This document shows positions 9,392 through 17,385 of a stretch of 64,000 bases of DNA, piece after piece. Source of the stretch: Planctomycetota bacterium (GTDB lineage: Bacteria > Planctomycetota > B15-G4); contig CBDFJQ010000002.1 in assembly GCA_965248575.1 (NCBI GenBank), forward strand, positions 4,512,001 to 4,576,000. The letters run 5' to 3'. A program made the position numbers and the translations under genes. Positions within the stretch are counted from its first letter, which is position 1. Every line of letters begins with the position of its first letter. The notes beneath the pieces are model-generated. The model made no database searches. It was given only the letters and a program-made list of their open reading frames with translations, and had not been told where the DNA came from.

Positions 9392-11194
9392 ATGAAACGA
9401 TTCATGATCACGCTGGCGCTCAGCCTGCTGGTTGCCTCCTCCGTTGCGCTCGGCCAAGAAGCCGACCAACCTCTCCCGAAGGAGGCGAGAGAGAGACTCG
9501 ACTACGCGATCGGCAGCTGGACTTCGCGCACCGAGTCCATCGGCCTGGACGGCGAGGTGAGAGGTATCAGTTTCTCTGACAGTGAACGAAAGTTTATCGA
9601 CGGCGATCGTGTGGTCGAGATCTCGGTCGTCGACAGGGCGAGTGGCGATGTGTGCCGTGCCTGGGAGTTCTACGATCCGAAGGAGGGGAAGTACTGCCAC
9701 ACGTCGATCACCGGAGGCGGGCAACTGACAGCGATGAGAGGCGATCTCGGCGATCTCTTTCGTTGGACGTCCGATGACCAGGAAGACTCAGACGGTTCGA
9801 CCATGGCCATGAGATTCACTCATTCGGACTTCAAGCCAAACTCGTTCGCGGCCCTAGGGGAGTACTCGCTCGACAGCGGAAAGACCTGGCGAGTGTTCTC
9901 TCGGCAGTTCTTGACTCGGCAAACTTCTGCTGAAGATGCTGACAAAGAAGGCAAGCCCGGCGAGCCGGTGCAGTCCGCCGCCGCGCCAGCAGAGGACCAC
10001 GAGTACTACGGCACCCTGACCTTCGAAGATGGCCAGCAGCTCACGGGTGGACCTTCCCTAGAGACCGGTCTGATGATCTACATGGATGCTCTTGGGACTC
10101 AAGAGGTAGTCAAGCTTCAACTGACTGGCGAAGCCACGATGGCCTCCGGCGGATCCGGTCCACAGGTGGGATGGTCGCGCGATGACCACGGCACGCTCGT
10201 CGCAGCCGAATTCCTCTACGGCGACGGCCGCGAGCGCACGGCCCGCTTCAAGGGGACACGCTCCGAACCGATCGAGATCGAGAACGAAGGCGACCGCATC
10301 CGCGGTCGACTGCACCTACCCACCGGCGACGGTCCACACCCGGCTATCGTGCTGATCCACGGTTCGGGGGATTGCTCTGCCCGCTGGGGTACGTTCGTGA
10401 GCTTCTTCGTCGATCTCGGAATCGCCGTCGTCGCGTACGACAAGCGCGGCGTGGGGGTGTCCGAAGGCGACTGGCGCGAGGGGAGCTACGAGGTGCTCGC
10501 CGAAGATGCGGCTCGTTTCGTCGATGCTCTGGGTGACCGCCCCGACATCGACCGCAAGCGCATCGGACTGATGGGTCACAGTGAGGGCGGCTACGTCGCG
10601 CCCATCACGGCGGCGAAGAGGAAGCAGGTCGCATTCGTTCTGGTTCGCGTTGGCCCGGCCGTCCCCTTTCCCGACGTCGTTCAGTATCAGAACCGCGATA
10701 TCGCCAGCATGAGAGGGAGGAGCGAAAAAGAACTGGCGGCGTGGGATCAACTCTACCAGCTAGTCACCGACGGCATACGCAACAGCGAATCGTACGAGGC
10801 GATGCAGAAGAATCTAGAGCCGCTCCGGACGCAAGGCTGGTTGCCTGGATGGAGCCCGAGCGGCGACCTGCTGGACCAGTTTCTGGCCGAGTGGGACTTC
10901 TATGTCCGTAACGCCAATCACAGCCCGGCGGAGTACCTGTCGACTCTGCGCGCACCGGTTTTGTGGTTCTTGGGTGAGACCGACATGAACGTGGAGACGG
11001 CGACCACTGTGGCTGTGCTGGACAAATCTCTCGTGAAGCACCCAGATGCAACGGTCGTGGTGCTACCGAACATCGATCACAAGTTCGTTGTGAGAAGCGA
11101 AGAAGGATCCGTCCGTTACGCCCCAGGTTTCTTTGATCGCATGAAAGAGTGGTTGTCCATCCGGGGTTTGACCGGGGCTGCTGCGGTCCGTTGA
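9392..11194 (+). CDS. Secreted alpha/beta hydrolase with N-terminal DUF1579-like domain
   Basis: Signal peptide, IHGSG, YDKRGVG, GHSEG nucleophile, GETD and DH catalytic candidates; AGGAG RBS. Confidence 0.88.
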   Translation: MKRFMITLALSLLVASSVALGQEADQPLPKEARERLDYAIGSWTSRTESIGLDGEVRGISFSDSERKFIDGDRVVEISVVDRASGDVCRAWEFYDPKEGKYCHTSITGGGQLTAMRGDLGDLFRWTSDDQEDSDGSTMAMRFTHSDFKPNSFAALGEYSLDSGKTWRVFSRQFLTRQTSAEDADKEGKPGEPVQSAAAPAEDHEYYGTLTFEDGQQLTGGPSLETGLMIYMDALGTQEVVKLQLTGEATMASGGSGPQVGWSRDDHGTLVAAEFLYGDGRERTARFKGTRSEPIEIENEGDRIRGRLHLPTGDGPHPAIVLIHGSGDCSARWGTFVSFFVDLGIAVVAYDKRGVGVSEGDWREGSYEVLAEDAARFVDALGDRPDIDRKRIGLMGHSEGGYVAPITAAKRKQVAFVLVRVGPAVPFPDVVQYQNRDIASMRGRSEKELAAWDQLYQLVTDGIRNSESYEAMQKNLEPLRTQGWLPGWSPSGDLLDQFLAEWDFYVRNANHSPAEYLSTLRAPVLWFLGETDMNVETATTVAVLDKSLVKHPDATVVVLPNIDHKFVVRSEEGSVRYAPGFFDRMKEWLSIRGLTGAAAVR

Positions 11195-11314
11195 TCTCAG
11201 GCCACGAGCTCCAGCCCGATCGCTATTGCTCATGTCTTGCAGCTTGGCTGGTCGCGTTCTCTGGCGCCGGGCGGCCCTGGGTCGTTACCGCCCCAGTCCG
11301 TCGCTCAGGGCCGG

Positions 11315-11598
11315 AGGACAGCCCCCTCAAACCGTCACGTCTCTCCCGGTTGTTCGCCAGCCTATGGCGGCTCAGGAGGCACGTTGCGGGCCCCTTCCTT
11401 TCTCCTCCTATGCCGTCGTCGAGCGCCCCGCATTGTTGCCCGCCCAGACGTGGGACGCGTCTAACCAGCAGTCCTTCATCATCGCGGACACCCGGGCCCT
11501 CGACTACGACAACGGGAACGTGGAGCTGTGGGGACACGAGATGTCCCACGGCAGGTGACACCGTTTCGTCGCGCGGTCCGGGAACAAGTGATGCGGTC
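11315..11598 (+). pseudogene. Decayed internal fragment of the M1 peptidase
   Basis: Colinear with ~7116-7404 (MAAQEAR.GP.PF.SYAVVERP...WGHEMSHG) with indels and stops. Confidence 0.88.
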
Positions 11599-11622
11599 AA
11601 GACACCCAAGCGGAATACCCCC

Positions 11623-12843
11623 ATGAAACTCGAGACCCTTCCCGCCCTCGCCGCCGTGGCGCTCGCCCTTGCCACCGCGCCGCTCCTCGCGCACACCACC
11701 GGCGACGATCCCTTCCCCAGCGCCGACCCGACCGAGCTCGGGGTCTCCGCCGAGACCCTCGACGAACTCAGGGCCGCCGTCTCCGGCTGGGTCGAGGCCG
11801 GCGATCCCGTCGGCGCGGAGGTGCTCGTCATCAAGGAGGGGCGCACGATCTTCCACGAGACCTTCGGTTGGAAGGACCGCGAGCGCGAGGTCCCGATGGA
11901 GAAACACTCCATCGCACGCATCCGCTCGATGACCAAGCCCTTAGTCGGCACGAGCATCCTCATGCTGCGAGAGAAGGGCGAGCTCGCCCTAGACGACCTC
12001 GTGTCGAAGTACATTCCCGCCTGGGACACCGATGTCTGTCGCGACATCCGGATCGAGCAGCTCCTCACCCACACCGCCGGCTTCAGCCAGCCCGGCTACA
12101 CCGGCAGCCTGGAGTCGTACGCGAACCTGCGCGACCTCGTCGATGCGACCGGATCCGCGGGGCCGCAGATGACGCCCGGCGAGCAGTACAACTACAGCGA
12201 TGCCGACACCGCGACCCTCGGGTGCATCGTCGCAGAGCTCTCCGGCATGCCCGTCGAGGACTTCATCCAGAAGAACTTCTTCGACGTGCTCGGCATGACG
12301 AGCAGCATGTGCAACCTCTCCACCGACGATCCGCGGCGGCCGCGGGTCTCCAGCACCTACCGGGCGAGTGGTACGACGTTCCGGCGCTACTGGAACAACA
12401 CCCAGGCCCAGAGCCTGCCGTACTTCCGGGCGTGTGGTGGGATCTACTCGACGCCGATGGACTACGCACGCTTCCTCGACTTGTGGATGCAGGGCGGCGT
12501 GCGAGAAGGCGAGCGCTTCCTGCCCGAGAGCGTCGTGCGCGACGCGCTGCGCGTGACGCCAGACAGCGCCGAGGCGGCGCGTCTGGATAGGGGCGGAACC
12601 GGTGGGATCGGCTACGGCTGGCACTGGCAGGTTCCGGTCGTCGTCGGCGGGGCTTCCGACGACGAGTCCGAGATCCTCCCCGATTTCGGCCACGGCGGCT
12701 CCGACGGCACCATCGCCATGGCGTTCCCGCGCGAGCGGGTCATGGCCTTCTACTTCACCCAGAGCCGCGGCGGGCAGACGGTCGGGAGCTTCATGCGGCT
12801 CATCACCAACGATCGGTTCAATCGGTTTGGCGAGAAGCGCTAG
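11623..12843 (+). CDS. Serine hydrolase, beta-lactamase family (secreted)
   Basis: SMTK, LLTHTAG, YNYSD, GHGG motifs; signal peptide MKLETLPALAAVALALATAPLLA. Confidence 0.92.
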   Translation: MKLETLPALAAVALALATAPLLAHTTGDDPFPSADPTELGVSAETLDELRAAVSGWVEAGDPVGAEVLVIKEGRTIFHETFGWKDREREVPMEKHSIARIRSMTKPLVGTSILMLREKGELALDDLVSKYIPAWDTDVCRDIRIEQLLTHTAGFSQPGYTGSLESYANLRDLVDATGSAGPQMTPGEQYNYSDADTATLGCIVAELSGMPVEDFIQKNFFDVLGMTSSMCNLSTDDPRRPRVSSTYRASGTTFRRYWNNTQAQSLPYFRACGGIYSTPMDYARFLDLWMQGGVREGERFLPESVVRDALRVTPDSAEAARLDRGGTGGIGYGWHWQVPVVVGGASDDESEILPDFGHGGSDGTIAMAFPRERVMAFYFTQSRGGQTVGSFMRLITNDRFNRFGEKR

Positions 12844-12935
12844 TTTCAGCGGCTGCGCGTTGCGCAGATGGTCCCCGGCTCTTGGCCACTCTTGGTCGAG
12901 TGGTTGGAGCAACGGAATTGAGAGTGAGGTTTCAA

Positions 12936-14024
12936 ATGCAGACAACCACACGTTGGCCGTTCGTCCTGCGGTCTCTTCTGTCGTTCGTGGCGTTCGCTGT
13001 GCTGCCGGCAACCAGCCAGGCGCAGGGCGAGTTGATCGTCGAGACCCTGCACGGCCGCTCGCTCGAGGGCAGCGTGACCGGCGAGTCCGCAGATCGTACG
13101 GTCGCCGTCTACTTGCCACCGTCCTATTCCAACTCGGCGGAGCGGCGCTATCCCGTGCTCTATCTCTTGCACGGGATCGGTGGCACGCATGCCGATTGGA
13201 TCGGACCCGGTTCGACGGATCGTACTTGGGGGACGATTCAGGGGATTCTGGACCGTGGCATCGCGCTGGGGCGCATAGCCGAGATGATCGTGGTGACCTC
13301 GGACCAGCTCACACGCGGTGGTGGCAGCTTCTACACGAACTCCGAGGTGACGGGGAACTGGGAGGACTTCACCGTCTTCGATCTGGTTGGCTACGTCGAC
13401 GCGACCTATCGAACGTTGGCCAGGGCGGAGAGCCGCGGAATCGCTGGGCATTCCATGGGCGGTTATGGCGCGCTCAAGCTCGGTATGCTGCACCCCGACG
13501 TGTATCAGGTCGTGTACGGCATGAATTCGGGGGTCCTTGGGTTCGCCGGCGATCTGCTACCGGAGAACACCGCGTTCGAGCGCGCGATCGACGCAGATCC
13601 TGCGAAGCTGAACCCACGGGTCGAAGTCTGGGTGCCTACCATCTGGTGCGTCGCCCAGGCTTTCTCGCCGAATGCGGGTCATGCGCCGTTCTTCGCGGAT
13701 CTTCCCTACGCCGTCGTCGATGGGATCCTGCAGCCCACACCTGCCTTTGAGCGTTGGAAGAGCGAGATGCTGCTCTACACCGTCGCGGACCATCGCGACA
13801 GTCTCTTGGCTCTGAAGGCGATCCGCTTCGACTCGGGCCGCTATGACGAATACACGCACATCGCGCCGACTAACCTCGCGCTCTCCGAGAAGCTGGTAGA
13901 GCTAGCGGTTCCGCACGTCTTCGAGGACTACAACGGAGACCACCGCGACCGTCTGTGGGGTGAGGAGGGGCGCCTGGCAACCGAAGTCTTGCCGTTCTTC
14001 TCGCGTCAGTTGGTCGTCGAGTGA
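12936..14024 (+). CDS. Secreted esterase (alpha/beta hydrolase)
   Basis: VYLPPSY, YPVLYLLHG, GHSMGGYGA; signal peptide. Confidence 0.92.
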   Translation: MQTTTRWPFVLRSLLSFVAFAVLPATSQAQGELIVETLHGRSLEGSVTGESADRTVAVYLPPSYSNSAERRYPVLYLLHGIGGTHADWIGPGSTDRTWGTIQGILDRGIALGRIAEMIVVTSDQLTRGGGSFYTNSEVTGNWEDFTVFDLVGYVDATYRTLARAESRGIAGHSMGGYGALKLGMLHPDVYQVVYGMNSGVLGFAGDLLPENTAFERAIDADPAKLNPRVEVWVPTIWCVAQAFSPNAGHAPFFADLPYAVVDGILQPTPAFERWKSEMLLYTVADHRDSLLALKAIRFDSGRYDEYTHIAPTNLALSEKLVELAVPHVFEDYNGDHRDRLWGEEGRLATEVLPFFSRQLVVE

Positions 14025-14035
14025 GGTACGCGCCC

Positions 14036-14234
14036 ATGAAACTTGAGATCCTCGAAGATCTCAGGACCACCGTCTCCGACTGGATCGAGGCTGGCGATCC
14101 CGTCGGCGCCGAGGTGCTCGGCATGATGAGCAGGATGTGCCACCTCTCCACCGACGAGCCGCGGCGGGCAGACGGTCGGAAGGTTCATGCGGCTCATTGG
14201 CAATCAGTTCAATCGGTTCGGCGAGCAACGCTGA
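14036..14234 (+). pseudogene. Miniaturised copy of the serine hydrolase 11623-12843
   Basis: Four ordered blocks matching the start, ~11752-11827, ~12286-12339 and ~12765-12843. Confidence 0.9.
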
Positions 14235-14270
14235 CGAAGCGCTCGCTGCCGACCGGGCCAGACAACAGGG

Positions 14271-15695
14271 CTAGCTCACACAGGCCTCGGTGGAGTTCGC
14301 ATGGCGGGCGAGCGCCGTGCGTTCAAAATCCGCCTGGAAGTGTCGCAGGACAGGCGGCGCTTTCGTGATCTCCACACCCTGTACAGCATGGCGCCGGTCC
14401 CACACACGGCGCACGATCTCGATCACATAGTCCATATGGCTCTGGGTGTAGGTGCGACGCGGGATCGCCAGCCGCACGAGCTCCTGCTTGGCGGGAATCT
14501 CCGCGCCCGTGTCAGGGTCTGTGCGTGCCAGCATCACGCTGCCGATTTCGCAACTGCGCAGGCCTCCCTCGAGATAAAGCTCGATCGCCAAAGCCTGTCC
14601 GGGGTAGCTCGAGCGGGGCAGATGCTCCAGAAAACGCGCTGCATCCAGAAAGATCGCGTGCCCACCATGAGGCACGACCACCGGCACGCCCGACTCAGCC
14701 AAGCGTTCCACCACATAGCGAATGCTCGCTTCGCGATAGGCGAGATAGCTCTCGTCCACCACCTCGCGCAAACCCTGGGCAACGGCCTCCAGGTCCCGCC
14801 CCGACATGCCACCGTAGGTCGGAAAGCCCTCGGTGACCACCAATCGACAGCGCAAGTCCGTGGCCAATTCGGCATCGCGCACCGCCAAGAAACCGCCAAT
14901 GTTGGCCAAGCCATCCTTCTTTGCGCTCATGGTGCAGCCATCGGCGTACTTGAACATCTCAAGTGCCAACTCGCTCACGCTGTATTCGGCAAGCGATGGC
15001 TCGCGGCGTTTCAGGAGGAAGGCGTTCTCGGCGAAGCGACAGGCATCCATGAACAACGGAATCTTCTCCGCGTCGCACAGCGCCCGCACGGCCCGCAGGT
15101 TCTCCAGAGAGACGGGCTGCCCGCCACATGCGTTGTTTGTCACCGTCATGATCACGAAGGGCACGTTCCCCCTGTGTTCCACCAGAATCGACTTGAGCCG
15201 CGCCAGGTCCATGTTGCCCTTGAAGGCGAAGCGCTGCTGCGTGTCATCGTTCTCTGCACACGGCAAGTCGAGGGCCACTCCGCCCGCATCCTCGATGTTG
15301 GCGCGGGTCGTGTCGAAGTGCGTGTTGTTTGGCACCACGTGACCGGGCCGCACCAGCGCCTGGAACAACAGGTGCTCTGCAGCGCGCCCTTGGTGCGTGG
15401 GGATGACGTGCTCGAACCCGAAGAGATCCTGCACGGCCTGCTCGAAGCGCTTGAAGCTCGGCGAGCCGGCGTAGGATTCGTCGCCAAGCATCAAAGCCGC
15501 CCACTGGGCGCTGCTCATGGCGCCCGTCCCACTGTCCGTAAGCAGGTCAATCATCACATCGTTGGATGCCAGCTTGAACAGGTTGTTCCGGGCAGTTCGC
15601 AGGCAAGCTTTGCGCTGCTCACGATCCGTGATGCGGATCGGTTCCACACTCTTGATGCGAAAAGGCTCGATGATGGGTAGTCCACGCGAAGACAT
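14271..15695 (-). CDS. tnaA: Tryptophanase (PLP beta-eliminating lyase)
   Basis: EPFRIKSVE, IDLLTDSGT, THQGR, MSAKKD (PLP Lys); EIG and LRHF residues favour TnaA over tyrosine phenol-lyase (ERG/LRFF). Confidence 0.85.
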   Translation of the reverse strand: MSSRGLPIIEPFRIKSVEPIRITDREQRKACLRTARNNLFKLASNDVMIDLLTDSGTGAMSSAQWAALMLGDESYAGSPSFKRFEQAVQDLFGFEHVIPTHQGRAAEHLLFQALVRPGHVVPNNTHFDTTRANIEDAGGVALDLPCAENDDTQQRFAFKGNMDLARLKSILVEHRGNVPFVIMTVTNNACGGQPVSLENLRAVRALCDAEKIPLFMDACRFAENAFLLKRREPSLAEYSVSELALEMFKYADGCTMSAKKDGLANIGGFLAVRDAELATDLRCRLVVTEGFPTYGGMSGRDLEAVAQGLREVVDESYLAYREASIRYVVERLAESGVPVVVPHGGHAIFLDAARFLEHLPRSSYPGQALAIELYLEGGLRSCEIGSVMLARTDPDTGAEIPAKQELVRLAIPRRTYTQSHMDYVIEIVRRVWDRRHAVQGVEITKAPPVLRHFQADFERTALARHANSTEACVS

Positions 15696-15895
15696 GGGAA
15701 GCGGTTCCCTTCCGTTCTGTACGGCTCTGAGGGCTCAGGAGCACTGTGGCATGCGTCGCCCCGTCGTCATGCACCACTGATCTTTCAAAGCCCCGTGGAA
15801 ACGGCCGACGCGAAGAAGTGCTTAGTTGACCAGCGTTCAATGCGTAGGCGCTCAGACTGCGCATGGAACGCGCGAAAAATCCCTAGTCTGCTGCC

Positions 15896-17356
15896 ATGAA
15901 CATGACCACGGGCCTGAGCGACAAGAACTTCCCGACCATCATCCAAGGCGGCATGGGCGCCGGTGTCTCCGGCTGGACACTCGCGCGATCCGTCTCCAAG
16001 GCAGGCCAGCTCGGTGTGGTGGCGGGCACCGCCCTGGACGTGATCCTGGCGCGCCGACTCCAGCTCGGAGACCCAGGCGGACACATGCGCAGGGCGCTCG
16101 AGGTCTTGCCCTTGGCGGGTGTCGCCGAGCGTCTTGTCAAGCGCTACTTCATCCGTGGTGGCAAGCCCCAACACGCCCCCTTCACGCCATTGCCAGCGCT
16201 TGATGTGGAGATGCCCATCGAACGCAGCGAGCTGATCGTGGCGGCCAACTTCGCTGAAGTTCATCTGGCCAAGGAAGGCCACGGTGGTGTGGTTGGCATC
16301 AACTACCTGGAGAAGATCCAGCTGCCGACACTGCCGTCGCTCTATGGCGCCATGCTCGCGGAGGTGGACTCTGTGCTGATGGGTGCCGGCATTCCCCGCG
16401 CCATTCCACGTGTCCTCGAAGACCTCGCAGCAGGACGCGCCGTGCAGATTCCGGTGCACGTCCATGGCGCGAGTGCCGATCACGAGCACCTGCTGCACTT
16501 CGACCCAAACGAGCTCTTCGAATCCACGGCGCCGGTTCTGCCCCGCCCGAAGTTCATGGCCATCGTCGCCTCGGTCACGGTCGCCACGCTGATGGCGCGC
16601 AAGGCGGAGGGAGTCGTGGACGGGCTGATCCTGGAAGGCCCGCTGGCTGGCGGACACAACGCACCTCCCCGGGGAAAGCTTCGCCTGAACAGCGACGGGG
16701 AACCCATTTTTGGGGACCGCGATGTTCCCGACCTGCAGGCCATCCGTAAACTTGACGTCCCGTTCTGGATGGCCGGTTCCTTCTCCAGCCCGAAGCGGGT
16801 TCAAGCAGCCAAAGCACAGGGCGCGGTGGGTGTCCAAGTGGGCACAGCCTTCGCCTTTTGCGAACAATCGGGGATTGCACCAAGTCTCAAGCGGCGTGCC
16901 ATCGAGCAGATTCGCACAGGGACCCAGCACGTTCGGACTGACCCTCTCGCTTCTCCCACCGGCTTCCCCTTCAAGGTCTTCGAGCTGACAGAAACGCTGT
17001 CCGAGGGCGAGGTCTTTGAACAGCGCAAGAAAGTCTGCGACCTGGGCTACCTGCGGCAGGCCTTCCTGCAGCCCGCTGGTTCCGTGGGCTGGCGCTGCCC
17101 CGCAGAACCAGATGTGAGCTATCTGCACAAGGGCGGCGACACCGAGGAGATCGCAGGACGAAAGTGCGTCTGCAACGGACTGCTCGCGAACATCGGTCTG
17201 GGCCAGGTGTACCGCAACGGAAGATACGAACGCCCGCTGCTGACCTCCGGCTCCGATATGGAGGTGGTCGCCACCTTGCTCAACCGACACGGCGACAGCT
17301 ATTCAGCCGAAGACGTGCTCGACCTGCTTCTCGATCAGCGCGTCGCTCGCAACTGA
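15896..17356 (+). CDS. Nitronate monooxygenase-family flavoprotein
   Basis: PTIIQGGMG, EGPLAGGHNAP, GVQVGTAF; C-terminal Cys motifs. Confidence 0.88.
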   Translation: MNMTTGLSDKNFPTIIQGGMGAGVSGWTLARSVSKAGQLGVVAGTALDVILARRLQLGDPGGHMRRALEVLPLAGVAERLVKRYFIRGGKPQHAPFTPLPALDVEMPIERSELIVAANFAEVHLAKEGHGGVVGINYLEKIQLPTLPSLYGAMLAEVDSVLMGAGIPRAIPRVLEDLAAGRAVQIPVHVHGASADHEHLLHFDPNELFESTAPVLPRPKFMAIVASVTVATLMARKAEGVVDGLILEGPLAGGHNAPPRGKLRLNSDGEPIFGDRDVPDLQAIRKLDVPFWMAGSFSSPKRVQAAKAQGAVGVQVGTAFAFCEQSGIAPSLKRRAIEQIRTGTQHVRTDPLASPTGFPFKVFELTETLSEGEVFEQRKKVCDLGYLRQAFLQPAGSVGWRCPAEPDVSYLHKGGDTEEIAGRKCVCNGLLANIGLGQVYRNGRYERPLLTSGSDMEVVATLLNRHGDSYSAEDVLDLLLDQRVARN

Positions 17357-17385
17357 CTGAATGGGGGCCAGCGCACGAGTCGACG

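Noticed and set aside
4811..14234. Integron, CRISPR array or DGR
   Set aside because: No integrase, cas or reverse transcriptase gene; repeats are irregular and the differences are not adenine-specific
14271..15695. Tyrosine phenol-lyase call
   Set aside because: EIG and LRHF residues match tryptophanase
15696..15895. TnaC leader peptide upstream of tnaA
   Set aside because: The short upstream ORF (MTTGRRMPQCS) has no Trp or terminal Pro
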